Part shown: piece after piece, positions 31,422 through 41,481 of the stretch
Position numbering within the stretch: the first letter of the stretch is position 1
Layout: each line of letters opens with the position of its first letter
Origin: Hyphomicrobium sp. 2TAF46
Lineage (GTDB): Bacteria > Pseudomonadota > Alphaproteobacteria > Rhizobiales > Hyphomicrobiaceae
Direction: 5' to 3'
NCBI RefSeq assembly: GCF_052114865.1
Contig: NZ_JBFRFO010000008.1
Span: forward strand, 210,583-274,582
Length of the DNA: 64,000 bases
The notes under the pieces: model-generated
The model's input: only the letters and a program-made list of their open reading frames with translations
What the model was told of the DNA's origin: nothing
The model's database searches: none
Made by a program: the position numbers and the translations under genes

Positions 31422-32579
31422 GTGCAGCGCGCAGGACTATTTTCCCTGTTTACGGTCAAGGACGATGAGCGGGCCTTTTTGTCCCGCGACGGCCGCTTCG
31501 AGCGGCTACTCGAGCCGGGCCGGCACAAGGCTTTCGATTGGAACCGCCGGCTCTCCGCTGAAGTGGTGAAGGTCGTGCGCGCGGAAATCGCGGCCGAAAA
31601 GGCGCTGTTGCTCAGGAAGACCCATCCGGAGCTTGCGGAAGAGCATTTCGCCATCGTCCAGCCCGCGTCGTCGGAGGTCGCCATCGTCTTGTTCGACGGC
31701 GAGCCGAAACACCTCGTACTTTCCAACACCACGCGGGCATTCTGGAAGACGGTCACGCGAGTCGATGTTGAAACGATCAACACGAGCAGTGACATCAGGG
31801 TGTCGAAGCGCCATCAGGACAAGCTCGATCTTGCCCGCATGTCGGTCATCACGTCGGCGGTCGTCGAGGCGTACGAGGCCGGCCTGCTCATGGTCGACGG
31901 CAAGCTTGAGGAGCGGCTGGCGCCTGGGCGTCATGCGTTCTGGACGGTTGGGCGCACGGTCAAAATCGTCAAGGCCGATCTGCGTCCGCAGCCGCTAGAA
32001 GTAACGGCGCAGGAAATCCTGACCAAGGATCGGATCGGCATTCGCGTGACGTTGACGGCGTTCGTCAAGGTTGTCGACGCGGAGAAGTCGGTGCTGTCGA
32101 CGAGCGATGTGAACGGTACGCTCTACCGGATGATCCAGTTCGCCATACGCGAAGCCGTTGCGGCGCGTACGCTCGACGAAATTCTGGCGGCGCGCGACAC
32201 GATCGATAACGAGGTGCGAACGTTCGTGTCCGAGCGGGCGAGACAACTCGGTGCTGAGGTCGGCGAAATCGGCGTCAAGGATGTGATCCTGCCGGGCGAC
32301 GTCCGTGAGCTCTTGAACAAGGTCGTGGAGGCCGAACGTGTGGCGAAGGCCAACTTGATCCGTCGCCAGGAGGAAACGGCGTCGACCCGTTCATTGCTCA
32401 ACACGTCGAAATTGATGGAGAACAATCCGCTGCTTCTCCGCCTCAAGGAACTTGAAGCACTCGAAAAGCTCGTCGAGAAGGTCGGGCGCATCGACCTTCA
32501 TACGGGCACCGGTGCTCAGGGCTTCGATGCTCTTCTGACGAACCTGGTTCGGATCAAGGGCTCTATGGAGAGCGAGTGA
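31422..32579 (+). CDS. SPFH/band-7 domain protein
   Basis: C-terminal SPFH core (IRVTLTAFVKV…IREAVAARTLDEILAARDTIDNEVR…GAEVGEIGVKDVILPGDVRELL…AERVAKANLI) preceded by a partial duplicated half. GTG start with AGGAG SD. Confidence 0.7.
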   Translation: MQRAGLFSLFTVKDDERAFLSRDGRFERLLEPGRHKAFDWNRRLSAEVVKVVRAEIAAEKALLLRKTHPELAEEHFAIVQPASSEVAIVLFDGEPKHLVLSNTTRAFWKTVTRVDVETINTSSDIRVSKRHQDKLDLARMSVITSAVVEAYEAGLLMVDGKLEERLAPGRHAFWTVGRTVKIVKADLRPQPLEVTAQEILTKDRIGIRVTLTAFVKVVDAEKSVLSTSDVNGTLYRMIQFAIREAVAARTLDEILAARDTIDNEVRTFVSERARQLGAEVGEIGVKDVILPGDVRELLNKVVEAERVAKANLIRRQEETASTRSLLNTSKLMENNPLLLRLKELEALEKLVEKVGRIDLHTGTGAQGFDALLTNLVRIKGSMESE

Positions 32580-32789
32580 TGCACCGAGGACGTGCGCTCG
32601 TCCAGATAGCGCGTGTACGTTAGGAGCCGCAGTCAGATGCAATGCCGCGACGGAATGCGCCAGTAGCGGCGAAGCGAAATAGTACGAGGTCCGGATGTTC
32701 GCTCGGGGATAAATGCGGAAATGACAGTCGTGTGACAATTTAAGAAAAGGACGTGGCCTAAGAAGGCCACGTCCTCACGAGTCGTATCC

Positions 32790-33047
32790 CTAGTGCTCCC
32801 ACCACCACCAGTCCGGATGCGCTCTGCGCCAATCTGCATGACGTTCCTTGGCTTCTCCGAGCCTCATCCCGAATTGAACGCACGCTTTGCGGTCGCCCTT
32901 ATTGCAGAGTTCGTGCAGCCCTAAGAGCTGTACTTCCCGGGCGTGCCAATCGTCGGCGCGTGCGGCTGCACTTAGCAGCGCAGCGCCGAGCACGGAGAGT
33001 GCGGCGACGGCTTTTGCCTTCGACCGAACGGACATCGATACCTCCAT
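32790..33047 (-). CDS. small secreted hypothetical protein ending HPDWWWWEH
   Basis: Signal peptide SVRSKAKAVAALSVLGAALLSAAARA. Mature part of about 55 aa has two Cys and a WWWW C-terminus. Confidence 0.4.
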   Translation of the reverse strand: MEVSMSVRSKAKAVAALSVLGAALLSAAARADDWHAREVQLLGLHELCNKGDRKACVQFGMRLGEAKERHADWRRAHPDWWWWEH

Positions 33048-33362
33048 TGAATTGCCTAAGGGGCGGCGACGTCATTGATGTCAAATCCGGCGGAAACGCG
33101 ACCCGTATTTGCGTTTACGCGCCGATAAGCCGAATGACATAGGCCGGAACCAACCGCGCAATCCATGACCCGGAAGCGTGCGAGAACGCTGAGCTAAAAA
33201 GTCAGTGCAAGTTGTGGGTGGCCCCCGGTGTCGCGCACTCTCATCCTGAAGGCTAATTGCAGACTGCAAAAAAACTGCTGCGTGTTTTACAAAAAGTAAG
33301 GTGCGGGCGGCCCGCAAATCTGACAGTCCAGACGCGCCGCAACCCACCACGCCGGAACCGAT

Positions 33363-35099
33363 ATGACGTTGAAGTGGCCTGACTTCCCATCCATCACGCG
33401 GCGCGGGGTTCCCAACTACTGGGACCTCTTGGCCTTCACCGTCATTATCGCGATCTTCATCGCGATCGCGCAAGGTGCGCGAGGCATGGTTGCGCCGCTG
33501 TCTCCAGTCGAGCCCATTCCAATTTCGCTCGACTATTGGAATCTTCCCTACTACGCGCTGCGAACGACGCTACGCATGTTTGCGGCGCTCGCGGCCTCTT
33601 TCGTTTTTACATTCACCTATGCCACCTTGGCGGCGAAGAGCCGCCGCGCAGAGATGGTCTTGATCCCATTTCTCGACGTGCTGCAATCCGTGCCGGTTCT
33701 TGGATTTCTGTCATTCACAGTGACGTTCTTCATGGGGCTCTTTCCGGGAAGCATGATGGGTGCCGAAGCCGCGGCGATTTTCGCGATCTTCACGAGCCAA
33801 GCCTGGAATATGGCATTCTCGTTTTATCAGTCACTGCGGACGGTCCCGGGCGACCTCGAGGAAGTTACGCGGGGTTTTCACCTCACGGGATGGCAGCGTT
33901 TCTGGTTTCTCGAAGTTCCGTTTGCGGTACCAGGATTGCTTTGGAACACCATGATGTCGATGTCCGGCGGCTGGTTCTTTGTCGTCGCATCCGAAGCAAT
34001 ATCGGTCGGCAACACCACAATCAAACTGCCCGGGATCGGATCATACTTGGCGCTCGCGATCGAACAGCGCAACATTTATGCTGTCGTCGCAGCCGTGTTC
34101 GCGATGTTTGTCGTCATTCTCGCGTACGATCAGCTGCTTTTTCGCCCAATCATCGCTTGGGCGGGAAGATTTCGCGTCGAACTATCGGCCGGCCAATCGG
34201 CAGAAGAATCGTGGGCGCTCAGAATATTCCAGCGAACGCGCTGGCTTCGCAGCATTTCCGATTGGATCGGACAAAAGTTCATGTGGGTCGCGTATTGGCG
34301 GCTTCCCGCTCCATTTTCGAGGCCTCTTTCCAAAAACGGCGACAAGCGCCTGTCGCGACTTTTGGATGTCGCCTGGTACGCCGTCATCGGGGTTGTCGCT
34401 CTCTACTCGATTTGGAAGACATATTCCTTTATCGCGACGGAGCTCTCGTGGGGCGATACCATTGAGGCTATCTCTGTCACGTTTGTGACGATGGCGCGCG
34501 TCGTCATTCTGCTCGCTCTCGCTACCCTATTCTGGGTTCCCGTGAGCGTTTGGATCGGACTTCGTCCGCGCGTTGCTGAGCGACTGCAGCCCCTCGCGCA
34601 GTTCCTGGCCGCGTTCCCCGTCAACGTCATTTTTCCGATTGTCGTTGTCGGCATTCTTTATTTTCATCTCAATCCGGATATCTGGCTGAGCCCGCTCATC
34701 ATTCTCGGTACGCAGTGGTATATTGTTTTCAACGTGATTGCGGGCGCATCGGCCTTTCCGAACGATCTAAAAGAAGCCGCCGCGAGCTTTGGCGCCAAAG
34801 GCTGGCAATGGTGGCGGGACGTGATCCTTCCGGGCGTCTTTCCATATTATGTGACGGGCGCGCTGACCGCGTCCGGGGGTTCCTGGAACGCCAGCATCGT
34901 TGCGGAATATGTTCGTTGGGGCGACGATAAGGTCGTCGCACACGGCATCGGATCTTACATCGCGCAAGCGACGGAAGCCGGCGACTATCCAAAAATTGTG
35001 CTCGGAATTGCGGTGATGTCGATATTCGTCATTGCATTCAATCGTCTTCTCTGGCGGCCGCTATTCGGCTACGCCGAACGCCGTCTGCGCCTGAGCTGA
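33363..35099 (+). CDS. ABC transporter permease, fused tandem (two transmembrane domains), NitT/TauT-like
   Basis: Two BPD-type permease modules in one 578-aa protein, about 12 TM in total. Confidence 0.75.
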   Translation: MTLKWPDFPSITRRGVPNYWDLLAFTVIIAIFIAIAQGARGMVAPLSPVEPIPISLDYWNLPYYALRTTLRMFAALAASFVFTFTYATLAAKSRRAEMVLIPFLDVLQSVPVLGFLSFTVTFFMGLFPGSMMGAEAAAIFAIFTSQAWNMAFSFYQSLRTVPGDLEEVTRGFHLTGWQRFWFLEVPFAVPGLLWNTMMSMSGGWFFVVASEAISVGNTTIKLPGIGSYLALAIEQRNIYAVVAAVFAMFVVILAYDQLLFRPIIAWAGRFRVELSAGQSAEESWALRIFQRTRWLRSISDWIGQKFMWVAYWRLPAPFSRPLSKNGDKRLSRLLDVAWYAVIGVVALYSIWKTYSFIATELSWGDTIEAISVTFVTMARVVILLALATLFWVPVSVWIGLRPRVAERLQPLAQFLAAFPVNVIFPIVVVGILYFHLNPDIWLSPLIILGTQWYIVFNVIAGASAFPNDLKEAAASFGAKGWQWWRDVILPGVFPYYVTGALTASGGSWNASIVAEYVRWGDDKVVAHGIGSYIAQATEAGDYPKIVLGIAVMSIFVIAFNRLLWRPLFGYAERRLRLS

Positions 35100-35105
35100 G
35101 GAATC

Positions 35106-36419
35106 GTGATGTCAACGTTATCTGCAACGCCACTTCTTGAAATCCGCCATGTAGAGCAGCGTTATCGCAGTACTGCAGGCGACGAGGGTATCGTCATCCT
35201 CGATGACGCGAACTTGTCTTTATATGAAGGTGAGATCGTCGGGCTGCTCGGCCGATCTGGCTGTGGCAAGTCATCCCTGTTGCGGATCGTTTCCGGACTG
35301 GCGCGTCCAAGCGCCGGCGAGGTGATCTACCGGGGCGAACAGGTAACGGGACCCGCAAATGGCGTTGCCATGGTCTTTCAGAGCTTCGCTCTCTTTCCCT
35401 GGCTCTCGGTGCTCGAAAACGTCGAATTCGGTCTTCGTGCTATGGCCGTTCCGGAAGAAGAAGCACACCGCCGGGCATTGTCTGCCATTGATCTCATCGG
35501 GCTCGATGGATTTGAATCGGCCTATCCGAAAGAACTTTCGGGCGGCATGCGTCAGCGCGTTGGTTTTGCGCGCGCCCTCGTGGTCAATCCAAGCATCTTG
35601 CTGATGGACGAACCGTTCTCCGCCCTCGACGTTCTGACCGCAGAAACACTTCGCACCGACCTCTTGGACCTCTGGTGCGAAGGCCGGATGCCGATCAAGT
35701 CCATCCTGATGGTGACACACAACATCGAAGAAGCCGTGTTGATGTGCGACCGCATCCTCATCCTCTCATCAAATCCGGGCCGGGTCGCATCGGAGATGAC
35801 GGTGACACTCAAGCACCCTCGCCATCGGCTTGATCCCGAATTCCGCCAGCTCGTCGACACGATTTACGCGCGCATGACGCAACGCCCGGTTACCCAGCCG
35901 GGCCGCGAGGGCCATTTTCCTGGCATGGGTTTCGGCATGATCCTGCCTCAGGTTTCGACCAACACGCTTGCCGGTCTGATCGAGGCGGTTGGAGCGCCTC
36001 CCTATAATGGGAAAGCGGACATGCCCGAAATCGCACGCGAGCTCCAGATGGAGGTTGACGAGCTTTTTCCGGCTGCGGAAACATTGCAACTGCTACGCTT
36101 TGCCGAGGTAGAAGCAGGCGATCTTCATCTGACTCCCGCCGGCAGGAAGTTCGCGGACGCAGACGTCGATGTTCGCAAGAAGCTCTTCGGTGACCACCTG
36201 CTGGCCTACGTACCATTGGCGGCCAGAATTCGCCGCGTTCTTGACGAGAGAAGCACCCATCAAGCACCAGCCGATCGCTTCGCGCAGGAACTCGAGGACT
36301 ATATGAGTGACAAAGCCGCTGAGAGCACGCTGAGGTCTGTTACCACCTGGAGCCGTTACGGCGAACTATTTGCCTACGATGAGACCGCCCGAGTCTTCAG
36401 TCTTGAGAACCCGCAGTAG
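35106..36419 (+). CDS. ABC transporter ATP-binding protein (NitT/TauT family) with C-terminal extension
   Basis: Walker [10 protein letters not shown], signature [15 protein letters not shown], Walker [14 protein letters not shown]-loop. About 190 extra C-terminal residues resembling the AAA-associated C-domain seen in nitrate/sulfonate ABC ATPases. Confidence 0.8.
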   Translation: MMSTLSATPLLEIRHVEQRYRSTAGDEGIVILDDANLSLYEGEIVGLLGRSGCGKSSLLRIVSGLARPSAGEVIYRGEQVTGPANGVAMVFQSFALFPWLSVLENVEFGLRAMAVPEEEAHRRALSAIDLIGLDGFESAYPKELSGGMRQRVGFARALVVNPSILLMDEPFSALDVLTAETLRTDLLDLWCEGRMPIKSILMVTHNIEEAVLMCDRILILSSNPGRVASEMTVTLKHPRHRLDPEFRQLVDTIYARMTQRPVTQPGREGHFPGMGFGMILPQVSTNTLAGLIEAVGAPPYNGKADMPEIARELQMEVDELFPAAETLQLLRFAEVEAGDLHLTPAGRKFADADVDVRKKLFGDHLLAYVPLAARIRRVLDERSTHQAPADRFAQELEDYMSDKAAESTLRSVTTWSRYGELFAYDETARVFSLENPQ

Positions 36420-36656
36420 TTGCGGGTCTTCGTCGCAAAATCCGCCTGAGGTCGAAATCGCGGGCCAGTAGCCATCCTAAGATTGCAGATGTGCTGAGCA
36501 GCATAATGTGCTCGCGATGAGGATCATAAAATCGTCATTGCCTTGTCCCCATAGTACGGCAACGGGGAATAGGGGCCGGTTCTCAAAAGTCAAACTTCTT
36601 TCATGACGGGGGATGGCTCCGGGCATTGAGATGCAACGTCGAGCCCTTGGGGAGAG

Positions 36657-37523
36657 GTGCGGCTTGTCTCCTTTCCAACACGCAGGCTCAGTCGTCTTCC
36701 CGCTATGAGGCCGAGAAAAACGGTGACCGGCAATCAGCAGAACTTTCCTAGTTTGAAGGACGCCTTGGTCGTCCGAATGGCACCGCGAGCTTCGCAACCG
36801 GATAGATCCCAGAACGCGATAGCGCCCCCAAACCTGCCAACGGACGCCGCTTCGATCACACTGCCAACGATCATCGAAAGGGCACGTCTCGAGGCGCAGA
36901 GACCACGTGAACCCAACACGCGTTCTCCAGCGTCTTCGGCGCGTTGGCGGGCGAATTTGATTGCATTATTGGCAGCGACTTTTCTCGCTGGAGTTCTTTT
37001 CACCTTCGCTCTGTATTGGACTGGCCTGATCCCCGGGATGACGAAGACGACGCTTATTGCGCAACAAAGAGACCTCGTCTGGCCGGACCTCCTTGCTCCC
37101 GGACCTATATCGCCGCGCGGACAGAACTCATCTGGAGTAACCCCCGATCAAGCTTTCCAAATGGCCGATGCCAAGCTGCATGGTCTTGGGGCGCCGCCTG
37201 ATCATGAGGAAGCCCGATATTGGCTTAGAATCGGAATTGCCGGGGCACTCTCAGGAGATCGTCTCCGATGGGCCCTGACCCAGCTCGGAACACTCTATGC
37301 CCGACCGACGGCATCTCAGTCTGAATATGAGGTTGCCCGTTCGGTATGGGAACTTGCTGCCGCTCAAAAAGACCCAGTCGCGCTCTGCTTCCTCGCGCGC
37401 CTTGAAGCGGATTTGCCCAGCACACACGCAAATAAGGAGACTGCATTGAAATTTTTTGAGCAGGCCAAGGCCAAGGGCGCGTGTGGCGGGGCCGAACAAG
37501 CGATTGAACCTCTGAACCGGTGA
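36657..37523 (+). CDS. membrane-anchored Sel1/TPR-like repeat protein (start uncertain)
   Basis: One TM (LIALLAATFLAGVLFTFALYW), then Sel1-like units (HEEARYWLRIGIAG…, EYEVARSVWELAAAQKDPVALCFLA, ETALKFFEQAKAKG). Alternative starts at 36705 or 36777. Confidence 0.45.
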   Translation: MRLVSFPTRRLSRLPAMRPRKTVTGNQQNFPSLKDALVVRMAPRASQPDRSQNAIAPPNLPTDAASITLPTIIERARLEAQRPREPNTRSPASSARWRANLIALLAATFLAGVLFTFALYWTGLIPGMTKTTLIAQQRDLVWPDLLAPGPISPRGQNSSGVTPDQAFQMADAKLHGLGAPPDHEEARYWLRIGIAGALSGDRLRWALTQLGTLYARPTASQSEYEVARSVWELAAAQKDPVALCFLARLEADLPSTHANKETALKFFEQAKAKGACGGAEQAIEPLNR

Positions 37524-37526
37524 ACC

Positions 37527-38858
37527 ATGCCCCGTGCACTGGAAGGAGTTTTTCTGATTATTGCCGTCGTTTTCACGGCATTTATCGACGCGAGACCATC
37601 GTTCGCCGGTGATGGTGCCGACACAACCCCATCACGGCAATTGTTCATAGACCAGCGAAGGCTGCCCGAAGATGCGGGAAAGACCAATCAGCCCCCGCCG
37701 CCGCCCGGCAATGGAGATGAACAGCGCAAGGCGGAAGAGCAAAGAAAGCTCGACGATTTAGCAGCCAAATTGAAAGCGCAAGAGGAGGAGCTTGCTGCCA
37801 GAGAGGCCGTCGCACGCAAGAAATTCGAGGAACTGAAACGCCTGTCGGCCGAAGAGGAAGTGAAGCGCAAAGGGGACGAAGAGCAATTGCGCGCTCGTGA
37901 AGCGGAGGCGCAAAAACAGGTCGAGGAGGCAAAACGACTGGCCGATGAAACGCGCAGAAAACTTCAGGAGGATTTGAAAAATCAGTCGGCACAGAAGGCC
38001 AGCTCCGACATATCCTCTCCGGCAGTTTCGCCCGCCATAGGCAACAATGCCGAGAAAAGTGCCGATGCTCCGGCACAATTGGAGCCTCGTGCGACCTTGA
38101 GTGTGCCGGCCATTGCGCTGACCTGTCCTGACGCCACTGTGGCGGTAGAACCATTGCCTGGCGGGCGATCAAAGATCGCGGTCCATTCGCCATGCCGGCA
38201 TGGCCAGGACGTCAACATGCAATATGGCCCGATCGCGATCGGACGCACGTTCAACGACAAAGGCGACGCTGAATTCATCGCCGATATGTTCCTCGGGCCT
38301 GAAGCCAAAACCGGTGTCTCACTCGCAGATGGGCAGCAGCAGCGCATCCAACTCGCGACTGGCGACCTCGATGAGGTCACGAAGGTTGCGGTCATCTGGA
38401 ATGCTCCCGTCGATCTCAGCCTCCACGCCTTTGAATACGCGGCCATGCAGGGAGAACCCGGGGACGTTTGGAGCGGTGCACCACGCAATGCTGCCGCTGC
38501 TTCTGAGCTCATCACAAAAGATGGTCGCGGTCATGGCTTTATGTCGAGCATCAGCGACGGCAAGGCGCCCGGTCCGAAAGCGGAGGTCTTTACTTTCTGG
38601 CACGGCAAGCAGCAAAGCCGGGGGGTCGTCGCGATGGCGCTCGACTACGAAACACGAGGCACGAATCCAAATGGAGATACCTGCGGGAGCGGACGCTATG
38701 CGCAGGTTCCGATTGAAGTGATCGTTCGCGAGACGAGCGGCGCTGTAACCCGTCAGAACGGCCTCATCGCCTCGGTGCCATGCGGCCAAACACTGAGTTC
38801 CGAAGCGCGCTATCAAACCGGAATCGTGCCGGACATCCGCATTCACAACACACACTGA
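37527..38858 (+). CDS. secreted/anchored coiled-coil protein with Cys-containing C-terminal domain
   Basis: N-terminal hydrophobic segment, PPPPPG, and about 110 aa of K/E/R-rich heptad-like sequence (EEQRKLDDLAAKLKAQEEELAAREA…). Globular C-domain with 6 Cys. ATG 3 nt after previous stop. Confidence 0.5.
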   Translation: MPRALEGVFLIIAVVFTAFIDARPSFAGDGADTTPSRQLFIDQRRLPEDAGKTNQPPPPPGNGDEQRKAEEQRKLDDLAAKLKAQEEELAAREAVARKKFEELKRLSAEEEVKRKGDEEQLRAREAEAQKQVEEAKRLADETRRKLQEDLKNQSAQKASSDISSPAVSPAIGNNAEKSADAPAQLEPRATLSVPAIALTCPDATVAVEPLPGGRSKIAVHSPCRHGQDVNMQYGPIAIGRTFNDKGDAEFIADMFLGPEAKTGVSLADGQQQRIQLATGDLDEVTKVAVIWNAPVDLSLHAFEYAAMQGEPGDVWSGAPRNAAAASELITKDGRGHGFMSSISDGKAPGPKAEVFTFWHGKQQSRGVVAMALDYETRGTNPNGDTCGSGRYAQVPIEVIVRETSGAVTRQNGLIASVPCGQTLSSEARYQTGIVPDIRIHNTH

Positions 38859-38901
38859 CTGCGGGCCGATACCATTCACAATATTCTGTAAGGGGGTAAA
38901 A

Positions 38902-40509
38902 ATGCCGGACAGAAACAACGCAGCACGAATTCTCGCGTGCACAATTGTCGGGATATGTGCGTGCGCAGCCAATGCACTTTCCGGCGAAGTGACGTTACGC
39001 GCCAAGAATGGTGATTTTGAAATCAAAGGCGAACTCGCTGCCTACGATCAAAATAAGTACACCATACTGTCCACGAGCCTCGGCTCCATGTCACTCGACG
39101 CCTCGAGGTTCGACTGCATAGGTAGCAACTGCCCCAGCGATGCTGTCGCGATGCGCACTGAGGCCGCGCCCTCCGACGTCCCGGCGGGTCCCACATCAAT
39201 TTCGATCAGCGGATCGAATACGATCGGCAACCAGCTGATGCCTAGCCTCATCGATGCCTATGCCCAATCAACGAGTAAGACGCTGACGAAAGTCGTGAGC
39301 CCCGATGGGCTCGACGTCGAGTTTAAAATGTCAGGCAAAGATGGCAAAGACGAAGGCGCGATTGCGCTGCATCGGCACGGCTCAGCCACGGCCTTTGCCG
39401 ATATGGAGAAGAAAGTCTCGCAGATCGGAATGGCCTCGCGGCGCGTGAAGGATGACGAAGTCCAAAAGCTCGCGGCCATAGGTCTCGGTGATGTTCGACG
39501 TCCCGGAAGCGAGCATGTTCTCGGTCTCGACGGTCTGCTCGTGCTCGTATCGCCGCAAAATCCGGTCGTTTCCTTGCCGATGGAAACCATTGCCAAGATC
39601 TTCTCGGGTGAGATCACCGACTGGTCGCAAATCGGCCAGCCGGCTGGCAAGATTGATGTCTACGCGCCGACAAAGGAATCCGGCACGTTCGATACGTTCG
39701 AAAGTCTGGTCCTGAAGCCTCACAAGTTCGAGCTGACGCCGAACGCCAAGCGCACAGCCAACCATGCGGAACAATCGGATTGGGTCGCGCATGATCGCAA
39801 CGGGATCGGCTTCGCGGGCATCGCCTATCAGCGAAACGCAAAAGCCCTGAACATCGTCTCGACCTGCGGACTCATAGCGCCGCCTTCGACATTCAGCATC
39901 AAGACCGAGGAATATCCGATTTCGCGGCGCCTTTTTCTCTATACAGGCGGCGAGCCGCGCGACCCGGTCGCACGGGGTCTTCTGGAGTTCGCGCTTTCGC
40001 ATGATGCTCAGCGGATCGTCAAGCAATCCGATTTCATTGATCAGGTACCGGAGACCGCGAGCTATGAATCTCAAACCAGTCGCATCGCTTTTGGACTTAA
40101 CGCTGCGCCGCTGAATTTTGACGAAAACCTGATGAATGCTTTCACGAGCGATGTCAGATCGGCTCAGCGTCTTTCAGTGACGTTTCGATTCCAATCGGGC
40201 TCCTATGAGCTCGATAATAAAGCTTTGGCCGATGCCAAGCGGCTCGTGGAACTCCTACAATCCGATACCTACAAGGATAAAACGGTCCTACTTGCCGGCT
40301 TTGCCGATACGAAGGGTACGTTTTCAATCAATCGGAGCTTGTCGCTTCACCGGGCGCAGGCTGTGCTCGCGGTTATGAAGGCCAACGGGCTTTCGCATCG
40401 ACAGGCCAAGATTGCCGTCAAGGGATACAGCGAACTTGCTCCTGTCTCGTGCAATGACACCGAGGAAGGCATGCAACTCAATCGCCGCGTCGAGGTTTGG
40501 ATCAATTGA
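38902..40509 (+). CDS. PstS-like (PBP_like_2) periplasmic-binding domain fused to C-terminal OmpA domain
   Basis: Signal/lipobox-like N-terminus. Binding-protein motifs (ISGSNTIGNQLMPSLIDAY, VYAPTKESGTFDTFE). C-terminal OmpA peptidoglycan-binding motif (NRSLSLHRAQAVLAVMKANGLS…NRRVEVWI). AAGGGGG SD. Confidence 0.7.
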   Translation: MPDRNNAARILACTIVGICACAANALSGEVTLRAKNGDFEIKGELAAYDQNKYTILSTSLGSMSLDASRFDCIGSNCPSDAVAMRTEAAPSDVPAGPTSISISGSNTIGNQLMPSLIDAYAQSTSKTLTKVVSPDGLDVEFKMSGKDGKDEGAIALHRHGSATAFADMEKKVSQIGMASRRVKDDEVQKLAAIGLGDVRRPGSEHVLGLDGLLVLVSPQNPVVSLPMETIAKIFSGEITDWSQIGQPAGKIDVYAPTKESGTFDTFESLVLKPHKFELTPNAKRTANHAEQSDWVAHDRNGIGFAGIAYQRNAKALNIVSTCGLIAPPSTFSIKTEEYPISRRLFLYTGGEPRDPVARGLLEFALSHDAQRIVKQSDFIDQVPETASYESQTSRIAFGLNAAPLNFDENLMNAFTSDVRSAQRLSVTFRFQSGSYELDNKALADAKRLVELLQSDTYKDKTVLLAGFADTKGTFSINRSLSLHRAQAVLAVMKANGLSHRQAKIAVKGYSELAPVSCNDTEEGMQLNRRVEVWIN

Positions 40510-40562
40510 TTTTCTGTTCCTGCAGCGAGCGATAAGGGCCAAAAGCAGCCGTGGCGCGAGGG

Positions 40563-41321
40563 CTACCCGGGTAAGGTCACGACAAGAGGTCCCCTGCGCG
40601 TCGCGATGACGGTGTGCTCATATTGCACGGTCGGTGCTCTGGGGCTGCTGAAGAGCGTCCACGCATCTCCGGCTTCGCCACCATCTTCCGCCCATTCGGC
40701 GCCCAGAGAAAGAAACGGCTCCACGGTGAAGACAAGGCCTTCATTCATGATCCGCCGGTCGGATTGAACCGGCCAGGTTGCGATCTCCGTCGGCTCCTCA
40801 TGCAACGCACGACCGACCCCGTGGCTGGCAAGATTTTGAACGAGCGTATAGCGGTTTCGGCGAGCGAACGCGCCGATCGCTTTTCCGATGCCGCTGAGCG
40901 GCTTGTTCGCGCCGATCTGCCTGATGCCGGTCCACATGGCTCGTCGCCCATCACGGCAAAGGCGCTCGATCGCTTTGGAGACCGGCGGCACAGAGAAAGA
41001 TGCGCCCGTGTCGGCAAAAATACCATTCTTTTGCGCAGAAACGTCGATATTGACGAGGTCGCCCGCAGCGATCCGACGGTCCCCAGGAACGCCGTGAGCG
41101 ATCTCTTCGTTGACACTGATGTAGGTCGCACCCGGGAAGCCGTAGCAAAGCTCGGGAGCAGGCGTGGCCCCTGCTCTTTCCAGAAGACCTCGACCAAACT
41201 CATCCAGTTCGCCCGTCGTCATTCCTGGCTCGATGGCCGTTCCCATTGCTTCCAGTGTGTTGGCGACAATGCGGCCGATCTCCTTGAGCCTGTCGAGGTC
41301 GTCATCGCTTGAAATCGTCAT
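40563..41321 (-). CDS. map: type I methionine aminopeptidase
   Basis: Map metal-binding and fold motifs (FPGATYISVNEEIAHGVP, DLVNIDVSA, HGVGRALHEEP, EPFLSLG). Confidence 0.85.
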   Translation of the reverse strand: MTISSDDDLDRLKEIGRIVANTLEAMGTAIEPGMTTGELDEFGRGLLERAGATPAPELCYGFPGATYISVNEEIAHGVPGDRRIAAGDLVNIDVSAQKNGIFADTGASFSVPPVSKAIERLCRDGRRAMWTGIRQIGANKPLSGIGKAIGAFARRNRYTLVQNLASHGVGRALHEEPTEIATWPVQSDRRIMNEGLVFTVEPFLSLGAEWAEDGGEAGDAWTLFSSPRAPTVQYEHTVIATRRGPLVVTLPG

Positions 41322-41481
41322 TCGCTATCCCGTCAATTTGTATGAATTCATATTCACGGGATTTGCTTTTGGCAAACGCCTAGCGGTACTGCGGCGCATG
41401 CTCGCTATATTGACAGGTCGGCAGTGAGCACTACCAATGACATTTGCTATTACTGCCAACCGGGGAACGCTGGAGTGTTCC

